Shown here: positions 24,544 to 32,000 of the stretch, in pieces | Numbering within the stretch: position 1 is the first letter of the stretch | How the letters are laid out: every line of letters starts with the position of its first letter | Assembly: GCF_905397375.1 (NCBI RefSeq) | Contig: NZ_CAJPVG010000003.1 | Coordinates: 187,747 to 219,746 of the forward strand | Length of the DNA: 32,000 nucleotides | Direction of reading: 5' to 3' | From: Ralstonia mannitolilytica | GTDB lineage: Bacteria; Pseudomonadota; Gammaproteobacteria; Burkholderiales; Burkholderiaceae | Made by a program: the position numbers and the translations under genes | The notes under the pieces: generated by a model | What the model was told of the DNA's origin: nothing | What the model saw: only the letters and a program-made list of their open reading frames with translations | Databases searched by the model: none

Positions 24544-25337
24544 CGGGAAGCCTTTCCGTTATTCACCCGCAGGCCGCCAAAGCGCTGCATCAGCACCAGC
24601 AGCGGCACGATCATGACGAAGAAGATCAGTGTGTAGGCGCTGGCGATTTCCAGGCGCATCGACGCATAGGTATCGGCCAGGCCGACCGGCAGGGTCTTGG
24701 TTTCGGGCGTGTGCAGCATCCAGGTGAGGTTGAACTCGCCCACCGAGAGCGTCACCACCGTCAGCGCGCCGGCCAGGATGCCGGGCTGCACGTTGGGCAG
24801 CACAATCGTGCGAAAACGCTGCCAGAACGACGCGCCCAGGCTGGCGGCGCCCTCTTCCAGCGTCTTCAGGTTCTGGCCTGCCGCCACGGCTGCGACCGAG
24901 CGCACCATGAACGGCAGCGTGAATACCACATGCCCGACGACGATGAACCAGAGGCTCTCGCGAAAGCCGCCAAAGCCGCCGTAGGCCACGATCAAGCCCA
25001 GCGCCGTCGCCAGGCCCGGCAGCGCCACGGGCAGCGTCAGGAATTCTTCGATCAGGCGGCTTGCACGGCTCTGACGCCGCGCCAGTACATAGCCCGCCGG
25101 CACGCCGGCCGCGAGCACGATCACCAGCGTGCACAGCGCCACCAGCAGCGACATCCAGATCGACGCGTGATACATGTCCCACACCTGGGCGACCCAATCC
25201 AGCGTCCAGCCGCTCTTGAAACCGCGGATGTAGTTGCGCGTCAGGCCCACGGCCATCGACAGCACAACCGGCACGATCAGGAACAGGCACAGCAGCAGCG
25301 TGATACCCCACTGGGCAATAGACAAAGCGCGCTTCAT
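24540..25337 (-). CDS. ABC transporter permease
   Basis: 265 aa, about 6 TM segments. EAA-like loop LEEGAASLGASFWQRFRTIVLP. 4-nt overlaps with both neighbours. Confidence 0.9.
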   Translation of the reverse strand: MKRALSIAQWGITLLLCLFLIVPVVLSMAVGLTRNYIRGFKSGWTLDWVAQVWDMYHASIWMSLLVALCTLVIVLAAGVPAGYVLARRQSRASRLIEEFLTLPVALPGLATALGLIVAYGGFGGFRESLWFIVVGHVVFTLPFMVRSVAAVAAGQNLKTLEEGAASLGASFWQRFRTIVLPNVQPGILAGALTVVTLSVGEFNLTWMLHTPETKTLPVGLADTYASMRLEIASAYTLIFFVMIVPLLVLMQRFGGLRVNNGKASR

Positions 25338-26185
25338 GCTGCCGCCCCCGTCGGGCTACCGCTCGCAGTACGCGCAATCGCCAGCACCAGCCACGTCACC
25401 ACGCCCAGCACTACCGACAGCGCCGCTGCCATCGCAATGCCGGCGTTGAGCGTGAACTCGGTATAGATCGTCATCGGCAAGACGTCGATATCGGTGGCGA
25501 GGGTGAAGGCGGTGCCGAATGCGCCCATCGACGTGGCAAAGCAGATCGCGCCCGAGGCGATCAGCGCTGGCGCCAGCCCCGGCACCAGCACATCGCGCGT
25601 CACCTGCCACGACGATGCGCCCAGCGAGCGCGCCGCCTCTTCCAGTGAACGATCGAGCTTTTCCGCCGCCGCCATCACCGTCAGCACCACGCGCGGGATC
25701 GAGAAATACAGGTAGCCCAGAAACAGCCCGCCGATGGAATAGGCGAAGACCCATTTCTCGCCGACGAGCTTGTGCGTGACGTCGCCCACCAGGCCCTGGC
25801 GCCCGGCCAGCAGGATCACCATGAAGCCGACCACCACCCCGGGAAACGCCAGCGGAAACGTCAGCATGGCGGTAATCATCCGCTTGCCCGGCACGTTGTG
25901 CCGCACGAGGAACAGCCCGGCGATGGTCGAGAGGATGAGCGTCGCCAGCGTGACTGCCGCCGACAGCACCACCGTCGAAAACAGGCTGCCCAGATAGCGC
26001 GACGTGGTGAGCGCCGCTGTGTAGGTGGCAATCACGCCTTCGCTGCCGCTCACACGCAGCAACGCCGCCATCGGCAGCAGCCAGAACGCGCAGAACAGCG
26101 CGACGGCCGGTGCCAGCAACGCCACCCGCCACCGAGCGGGCAACACCGCATCGTCGGGCAAGGTGGATCGGGTGACGGTGCTCAT
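25334..26185 (-). CDS. ABC transporter permease
   Basis: Starts at ATG 26185 (MSTVTRS...). 283 aa. EAA-like loop LEEAARSLGASSWQVTRDVLVP. The track ORF extends further upstream into the binding-protein gene and is trimmed. Confidence 0.88.
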   Translation of the reverse strand: MSTVTRSTLPDDAVLPARWRVALLAPAVALFCAFWLLPMAALLRVSGSEGVIATYTAALTTSRYLGSLFSTVVLSAAVTLATLILSTIAGLFLVRHNVPGKRMITAMLTFPLAFPGVVVGFMVILLAGRQGLVGDVTHKLVGEKWVFAYSIGGLFLGYLYFSIPRVVLTVMAAAEKLDRSLEEAARSLGASSWQVTRDVLVPGLAPALIASGAICFATSMGAFGTAFTLATDIDVLPMTIYTEFTLNAGIAMAAALSVVLGVVTWLVLAIARTASGSPTGAAA

Positions 26186-26187
26186 GC

Positions 26188-27219
26188 TCAGCGGACCTCG
26201 TTCAGGTAGCGCGTGCCAAACGCCTGCTGGCCGGCTGCCATCTTGTTGAAGTCGACCGTCTTGGCGCGGGCGTATTCGCTGGCCGGGAGGAAGCGCGAGG
26301 CGGCCTCCTTGCTCATGGCATTGGCGCGCACGGGGCGCAGGTAGGCGTTGGCCCACAGCGTCTGGCCTTCGTCGGACAGCACGAAATCCAGCACCTTCTT
26401 GGCGTTGTCGGCGTGCGGTGCACCGGCGGTCAGGCTCATCACGTACGGCACGGCAATGGTGCCTTCCTGCGGAATCACGAATTCCACATTCGCGTGGTCT
26501 TTGTACTTGGCGCGGTAGGCGTTGAAGTCGTAGTCGAGCAGGATCGGGATCTCACCGGCCACGACGCGCGCGTAGGCGGTTTGCTTTGGCACGATCGGCG
26601 CGTTCTTCTTCAACTGCTTGAACCATTCGACGGCGGGGCTGAAGTCGTCAAGCGTGCCGCCCAGGGCCTGGTTGACCGCCACGGCGCCCACGTAGCCGAC
26701 GAAGGCGCTGCTCGGGTCCAGGTAGCCGACCATGCCCTTGTATTCGGGCTTGAGCAGGTCTTTCCAGGAGCGCGGCACGGGCTTGCCTTCCAGCGCGTCC
26801 TTGTTGACGAAAAAGCCCAGCGTGCCGGAGTGGATCGAGAAGAACGCACCGTCCGGGTCCTTCATGCCGGCCGGAATGTCTTCCCAATGCTTGGGCTTGT
26901 AGTTGGCGACCAAGCCCTTTTCCTTGGCCTGATACGCAGACGTGATGCCCAGGTAGGCCACGTCAGCCACGGGGTGCGACTTCTCGGCCAGCATCTGCGC
27001 GATGGCCTGGCCGGAGTTCTTGTTGTCGAACGGCACGGTAATGCCGGTCTTGTCCTTGATGGCCTTGATCTGGCTGGCCCAGTCGGCCCATTCGGGCGGG
27101 CAGTTGTAGCAGATGGCGACTTGCTGGCCGGCCGGCTGTGCCTGCACTGGCGCAGCCACGGCGAATGCGCCGGCAGCTACGAGGCCGCACACGCGCAGCC
27201 ATTGAACGAGACGTTTCAT
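26188..27219 (-). CDS. Periplasmic substrate-binding protein (family 1, PotD/AfuA-like)
   Basis: 343 aa with signal peptide MKRLVQWLRVCGLVAAGAFAVAAPVQA. It is the first transport gene after the regulator. Confidence 0.85.
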   Translation of the reverse strand: MKRLVQWLRVCGLVAAGAFAVAAPVQAQPAGQQVAICYNCPPEWADWASQIKAIKDKTGITVPFDNKNSGQAIAQMLAEKSHPVADVAYLGITSAYQAKEKGLVANYKPKHWEDIPAGMKDPDGAFFSIHSGTLGFFVNKDALEGKPVPRSWKDLLKPEYKGMVGYLDPSSAFVGYVGAVAVNQALGGTLDDFSPAVEWFKQLKKNAPIVPKQTAYARVVAGEIPILLDYDFNAYRAKYKDHANVEFVIPQEGTIAVPYVMSLTAGAPHADNAKKVLDFVLSDEGQTLWANAYLRPVRANAMSKEAASRFLPASEYARAKTVDFNKMAAGQQAFGTRYLNEVR

Positions 27220-28286
27220 CGAGACGCTCCTTGCGTATCAGACGTGAGGGAAGAAACAACGGAGAGAGACGCTTCCGCCGGCGCACGGGCCAGCGTGCCG
27301 CCCGCCAGCAGGCGGTGCGGCAACGTAATCGAGGGCACCACCTCGCCGGCGATGCGGCGGCCCAGCGCCGTGGCCGCGTCGGCGCCGATCCGGCGGTGCG
27401 GCTGCGCCACGGTGGCCAGCGTCGGCGAAAGCCACTGCCCCATCGCCAAGCCATCAAAGCCGACCACGCTCACGTCTTCAGGCACGCGCAGGCCCATCTC
27501 GCGCAGCGAGCGGATGGTGAGCAAGGCAAGGCGGTCGTTGCTGCAGAAAATGGCGGTCGGGCGTGGCGGCGCCAGCAGGCGGGCCAGCTCGGCCGGCAGC
27601 ATGGCATCGGCGTTGAAATCAATTTCGACGGGCGGCTGCGGTGCAATGCCGGCTGCTTCCAGCGCTTCGCGGTAGCCGTCGTGGCGCAGGGCCGCACGGT
27701 CCGACGCCGCCAGCGTGCCCGTCAGCATGCGGATCTGGCGGTGGCCCTGTGAGAGGAGCGCGCGAATGGCGTCGCGTGCGGCGGCGCGGTTGTCGACGGT
27801 CACGCAGCAGCGGGCGGGAATGCGCGCCTGGCCGACCGTGTCGTTGTAGACCAGCACGTAGGGCACGCCTTCTGCGTCGAGGCGATCGAGGTGCGCGTTG
27901 GCGGCGGCATCGGCCACCGTCAGGATCAGGCCATCGACGCGCTGCTCGAGCATGGTTTCGATGGCGCGCGCTTCGCGTTCGCGGTCGTATGCGGTCGTCA
28001 TCAGCATGACGCGCTGACCCGTGACGGAGGCGGCCTCCTCGATGCCCTGCATGCATTCGGCAAACACCGGGTTGGCGAGCGACGGCAACACCACGCCCAG
28101 CAGGCCCGTGCGCTCGGCGCGCAACTGCCGGCCCAGGGCATTGGGGCGGTATTGCAGCGCATCCATGGCGGCCTGCACACGCGCGAGCGTCGCGGCGCTC
28201 ACCCGTTCCGGCGAATTGACCGCGCGCGATACGGTGGCAATCGAAATGCCGGCATGCGTTGCCACGTCCTTGATGCTGCTTCCCAC
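27216..28286 (-). CDS. LacI-family transcriptional regulator
   Basis: 356 aa. N-terminal HTH IKDVATHAGISIATVSRAVN. A periplasmic-binding-protein-like effector domain follows. Its stop overlaps the binding-protein ATG (ATGA). Confidence 0.9.
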   Translation of the reverse strand: MGSSIKDVATHAGISIATVSRAVNSPERVSAATLARVQAAMDALQYRPNALGRQLRAERTGLLGVVLPSLANPVFAECMQGIEEAASVTGQRVMLMTTAYDREREARAIETMLEQRVDGLILTVADAAANAHLDRLDAEGVPYVLVYNDTVGQARIPARCCVTVDNRAAARDAIRALLSQGHRQIRMLTGTLAASDRAALRHDGYREALEAAGIAPQPPVEIDFNADAMLPAELARLLAPPRPTAIFCSNDRLALLTIRSLREMGLRVPEDVSVVGFDGLAMGQWLSPTLATVAQPHRRIGADAATALGRRIAGEVVPSITLPHRLLAGGTLARAPAEASLSVVSSLTSDTQGASR

Positions 28287-28525
28287 GGTGTTGTCCTGCC
28301 GGTGTAAACGTTTACATCCTAGGTGCCAGGCATGACCTTTTCATGACAACCGATGCTGCGCTGCGGTGGCCGCCGCAATGAAGCATCGCCGTTGTTGCGC
28401 ATGGCAAAGTTGCAAAGCTCGCATATGCTTCTTACGAATTCGGGCGGGCTCCCTACACCAGCAGGCGCGTCGCGGCATGGTCCGTTTGCTGCTGTGTCGT
28501 GCTCGCCGCCTGCCTTGGAGACACC

Positions 28526-29836
28526 ATGCGTGTATCGCCCGTATTCGACGTACCCGCCCACGCCCTGCCCGAATTGCTGCAGTACTACGGCGTAGTCCGG
28601 GCGCAATCGCTTGCGCTGGCTGCGCCGCTGTCCGACGCCGATGCCACCGTCCAGTCGATGGACGATGCCAGCCCAGCCAAATGGCACCTCGCCCATACCA
28701 CGTGGTTTTTCGAGGAGTTCGTGCTCGGCCCCAACGTGCCCGGCTACCGGTCACCCGATCCGCGCTATCGCTACCTGTTCAACTCGTACTATGAGACGGT
28801 GGGCGCGCGGCACCCGCGTCCGCGTCGGGGCATGCTGACGCGCCCGACGCTCGACGAAGTGCGGGGCTATCGCGCGCATGTCGATGCGGCCATGCAGCGG
28901 CTGCTGGCCGGAGGGGTCTCCGCCGACGTGGGCCGGCTCGTCACGCTGGGCCTGCATCATGAGCAGCAGCATCAGGAGCTGTTGCTGACGGACGTACTTC
29001 ACCTCTTCGCGCAGAACCCGCTGTGCCCCGCCTATGCCGATACGCCGGTGCCGCGCGTCCATGCGGCGCCGGTGCAGCCCGGCTGGGTCGCGTTCCAGGG
29101 CGGAGCCGTGCAGATCGGCAAGACGGACACGGGCGCGGGGTTCATGTTCGATTGCGAGGGCCCGCGCCACACGGTGTGGCTGGAGCCCTACGCGCTCGCC
29201 ACGCACCCCGTCACCAACCGGGAGTGGCTTGCCTTCATGCAGGACGGCGGATATCGCCAGCCCACGTTGTGGCTGTCCGACGGCTGGGCGTGGGTGCAGC
29301 GTGAGGGCATCGAGGCGCCGCTCTACTGGCGCGCCGGCCGCGACGAAGCCGAAGGCTGGCAGCAGATGTCATTGCACGGCCTGCAGCCGGTCGATCTGGA
29401 CGCGCCCGTCACGCACATCAGCTTCTACGAGGCGGACGCCTACGCCCGCTGGGCCGGCGCACGCCTGCCGACCGAAGCGGAATGGGAGCATGCAGCCGAA
29501 GGCCTGCCGGTGCAGGGCAACTTTGCCGGGCCAGGCGCTTCATCGGCGCCATTGAGGCCGCTGCCCGACCACGGCATCACCGAGGCGGGCAGCCTGCGCC
29601 AGATGTTCGGCGACGTATGGGAATGGACGGCGAGCCCCTACGGCCCCTACCCCGGCTTCGAGCCCGCCGAAGGCGCCGTGGGCGAATACAACGGCAAGTT
29701 CATGTGCAGCCAGATGGTGCTGCGCGGCGGGTCTTGCGCGTCGCCCGAGGGGCATCTGCGGGCGACGTATCGCAACTTCTTCTATCCGCACCAGCGGTGG
29801 CAGTTCACCGGGGTGCGGCTCGCGCGGCGGGCGTAG
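28526..29836 (+). CDS. egtB: EgtB-type sulfoxide synthase (DinB_2 + FGE-sulfatase domains)
   Basis: ATG 28526 has GGAG 5 nt upstream. Motifs: WHLAHTTWFFE, HHEQQHQELLLTD, GDVWEWTASPYGPYPGF, EYNGKFMCSQMVLRGGSCASP, YRNFFYPHQRWQFTGVRLA. Confidence 0.85.
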   Translation: MRVSPVFDVPAHALPELLQYYGVVRAQSLALAAPLSDADATVQSMDDASPAKWHLAHTTWFFEEFVLGPNVPGYRSPDPRYRYLFNSYYETVGARHPRPRRGMLTRPTLDEVRGYRAHVDAAMQRLLAGGVSADVGRLVTLGLHHEQQHQELLLTDVLHLFAQNPLCPAYADTPVPRVHAAPVQPGWVAFQGGAVQIGKTDTGAGFMFDCEGPRHTVWLEPYALATHPVTNREWLAFMQDGGYRQPTLWLSDGWAWVQREGIEAPLYWRAGRDEAEGWQQMSLHGLQPVDLDAPVTHISFYEADAYARWAGARLPTEAEWEHAAEGLPVQGNFAGPGASSAPLRPLPDHGITEAGSLRQMFGDVWEWTASPYGPYPGFEPAEGAVGEYNGKFMCSQMVLRGGSCASPEGHLRATYRNFFYPHQRWQFTGVRLARRA

Positions 29837-29863
29837 CCGGCGTATCGGGCAACCGGCAGGCGC

Positions 29864-30688
29864 CTAGCGGTTGCTGTCGAACAGCATGTTGGTCGGGGTG
29901 CCGATCGTCTCCTGGCTGCCGGGCGCGGCCGCGGCCGGTTTGGCTGCCGGCATCGGCGCGGGCACGTCTGGCACGGCCGATCTGGCAGGCTGAGCGACGG
30001 CCGCCGGTGTTGCCGGTGCCGGCGCATGCGGGGGTTTGCCGGCCTGCTCGGCGAGCTTGCGGCGGCGCGATTCGAGCCCCGCGGCAATCTCGTCCTGGTG
30101 ATACCGCCGGGCAAAGTCGATCACGTCCATCTTCTGCTGGTTGCGCAGCTCCATGTCGGCGCCTTCGTCCAGCAGCAGCTTGACCGTCGTGATGTGGCCG
30201 TTCATGGCCGCCATCATCAGCGGCGTCGTGCCGTTGGGGCTTTCCGCGTCAATGTAGGCAGCGTGCTCGATCAGGTATTTGACGATGTCGTCGTGCCCGT
30301 TGGTGGCGGCGTAGTGCAGCGCCGTCCAGCCGGTCTTGTTGACCTCGACGTCGTACGTTTCCACCATCAGCTTCACCAGCGGCAGCAGACCCTGGTAGGC
30401 CGCCATCATCAGGGCATTCTCGCCGGCGGCGTTCGTGCGCTCGAAGTCGATGTGCTTGGCGCGGATCAGCGCCTCGGCCACTTCGACGTTCCTGTCCTTG
30501 AGCGCATCCACGAGCAGCGGCGTGCCGTCGCGCGTGGTCAGATTCGGGTCCACGCCCTGCGCGACATACTTCTGCACCAGCACCGGCCGGTTGTACTCCA
30601 CCGCAGTGCGCAGGTCGTCCTGCGGCGTGGCGTATGCGGCGCCCGACAGCGCCATCGCCAAGCCGGCGGCCAGTGTGATTTTTCGCAT
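29864..30688 (-). CDS. Secreted ankyrin-repeat protein with Pro/Ala-rich C-terminal tail
   Basis: ATG 30688 gives signal peptide MRKITLAAGLAMALSGAAYA. There are 3-4 ANK repeats (GWTALHYAATNGHDDIVKYLIEHAA, GTTPLMMAAMNGHITTVKLLLDEGAD). Confidence 0.8.
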   Translation of the reverse strand: MRKITLAAGLAMALSGAAYATPQDDLRTAVEYNRPVLVQKYVAQGVDPNLTTRDGTPLLVDALKDRNVEVAEALIRAKHIDFERTNAAGENALMMAAYQGLLPLVKLMVETYDVEVNKTGWTALHYAATNGHDDIVKYLIEHAAYIDAESPNGTTPLMMAAMNGHITTVKLLLDEGADMELRNQQKMDVIDFARRYHQDEIAAGLESRRRKLAEQAGKPPHAPAPATPAAVAQPARSAVPDVPAPMPAAKPAAAAPGSQETIGTPTNMLFDSNR

Positions 30689-30713
30689 GTTGTGCTTCAC
30701 GTGATACCGCAAC

Positions 30714-31517
30714 TTATCGCGGTATTTTGTTGAATAGATTGAAGAAATTCTCGGTGGTGGCACTAGCGATGCGCTCCAGCGGCTCGCCGCGCAGCGTGGC
30801 CAGGAACTCACCGACGTGCCGCACGTAGGCCGGCTCGTTGGTCTTGCCGCGGAACGGCACCGGCGCCAGGTACGGCGAATCGGTCTCGATCAGCATGCGG
30901 TCCAGCGGCACCTTCCGGGCGGTTTCCTGCAGATCCACCGCATTCTTGAATGTGACGATGCCCGAGAACGAGATGTAGAAGCCCAGGTCCAGCGCTGCCT
31001 TGGCCACGTCCCAGCTTTCGGTGAAGCAATGCATGACGCCGCGCGCGGCCTCGGCGCCCTCTTCACGCATGATGGCCAGCGTGTCGTCAGCGGCGGAACG
31101 CGTATGGATCACCAGCGGTTTGCCCGTCTGCCTGGCAGCGCGGATGTGCGTGCGGAACCGATCGCGCTGCCACTCCATGTCGGCCACGGTGCGATCGCCC
31201 AGCCGGTAGTAGTCGAGCCCCGTCTCGCCGATGCCGACCACGCGCGGGTGATCGGCCAGGGCGAGCAGGCGCTCCAGCGTGGGCTCTTCGATGCGGGTGC
31301 CTTCTTCGACGTCCGCTTCGGCATCGGGATGCACGCCCACGGTCGCGTACACGTTCGGCTCCTGCTCGGCGATCTCGAGCACGCTCGGGAAATCTTCCAG
31401 CGTGACGGAGATGCACAGCGCGTGCGTGACGCGGTTCTCGCGCATGCGCGTCAGCAGTTCCGGCAAGCGAGCGCGCAGGTCGGGGAAGTTGATATGGCAG
31501 TGGGAGTCGACAAACAT
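30714..31517 (-). CDS. tatD: TatD-family metal-dependent hydrolase/DNase
   Basis: 267 aa. FVDSHCHINF at the N-terminus, with ETGLDYY, VIHTR, HCF and ETDSPYL blocks. Confidence 0.9.
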   Translation of the reverse strand: MFVDSHCHINFPDLRARLPELLTRMRENRVTHALCISVTLEDFPSVLEIAEQEPNVYATVGVHPDAEADVEEGTRIEEPTLERLLALADHPRVVGIGETGLDYYRLGDRTVADMEWQRDRFRTHIRAARQTGKPLVIHTRSAADDTLAIMREEGAEAARGVMHCFTESWDVAKAALDLGFYISFSGIVTFKNAVDLQETARKVPLDRMLIETDSPYLAPVPFRGKTNEPAYVRHVGEFLATLRGEPLERIASATTENFFNLFNKIPR

Positions 31518-31569
31518 CGAATAATCAGCGTGTTACGGCACAAAGTCGATGCGCCGTCTCAGAAGAAGG

Positions 31570-31986
31570 TCAGAGGGTTTGGGTCGGGCGCTGCGAGCCA
31601 AGCTGCTTGCCGAGCAGCTCTTCGATCACGCGCCGCAGGTTACGGCACGGCTCGTCCTCGCCGAAATGCACCCCGATGCCCGGCGTCTTGTTGGGCGTGC
31701 CCACGGGCGTGATCCAGGCCACCCGGCCGGCCACCTGGTATTTCTGCGGACGGTCAAGCAGCGATAGCACGAGAAAGACCTCTTCCCCGATGCGGTACGG
31801 GCGCTGCGTCGGCACAAAGATGCCGCCGTTCTTCAGGAACGGCATATAGGCCGCGTGCAGGCCGGCTTCGTCCTTGATGGCCAGCGAGACGATGCCCGGG
31901 CGGCTGGGCGCCCCCGTGGCGGTGCCTGGCGTCTGCATGCCGGGCGTGATGGGAGTGGCAGGCGTGCGAAGAGGTGCAGTGCTCAC
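31570..31986 (-). CDS. pilZ: Type IV pilus assembly protein PilZ
   Basis: 138 aa (GTG start; an internal ATG is possible). AAYMPFLKNGGIFVPT...VAGRVAWITP...GIGVHF closely resembles Pseudomonas PilZ. The pilZ-tatD adjacency is common. Confidence 0.85.
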   Translation of the reverse strand: MSTAPLRTPATPITPGMQTPGTATGAPSRPGIVSLAIKDEAGLHAAYMPFLKNGGIFVPTQRPYRIGEEVFLVLSLLDRPQKYQVAGRVAWITPVGTPNKTPGIGVHFGEDEPCRNLRRVIEELLGKQLGSQRPTQTL

Positions 31987-32000
31987 AGGGATTCCAGAGG

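Overview
GC-rich (about two-thirds G+C by eye) beta-proteobacterial chromosome, most consistent with Ralstonia or a related Burkholderiaceae. No rRNA, tRNA, CRISPR array, IS element or integrase gene was recognised.

Layout:
- 349-3689: bioA-bioF-bioD operon.
- 3749-5523: a lipoprotein, a membrane protein and two small minus-strand genes.
- 5625-12802: a 7.15-kb filamentous (inovirus-type, CTX/RSS-like) prophage inserted in the chromosomal XerCD dif site.
- 12831-31986: ordinary chromosome. It holds an MFS/AraC pair; a LysR-MFS-M20 hydrolase-amidase cluster; a frameshifted E2 acyltransferase remnant; a LysR/azoR pair; a six-gene LacI-ABC importer-phosphodiesterase operon; a stand-alone egtB; a secreted ankyrin protein; tatD; and pilZ.

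Prophage evidence:
- It is bounded by a 17-bp direct repeat. The right copy is a complete 28-bp dif.
- Gene order is repressor | operators | small ORFs, rep, ssDNA-binding, small membrane proteins, major coat, pIII-like, pVI-like, Zot/pI-like.
- It has no integrase and no secretin.

The most interesting part is the prophage lysogeny module:
- The repressor ORF runs through the attachment site. Integration swaps its C-terminus (131 aa in the prophage versus 156 aa predicted for the circular form).
- Integration also separates the ORF from its intrinsic terminator, which now lies 7 kb away. This leaves a terminator-free path into two host genes.
- A tripartite palindromic operator sits between the repressor and the rightward operon. 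Its core 12-mer recurs inside a prophage-borne secreted DUF4124-like gene.

I recall a similar att-spanning repressor being described for Ralstonia RSS-type phages, so novelty must be checked by database search.

Many long ORFs in the supplied track are antisense shadows typical of high-GC DNA and were rejected.
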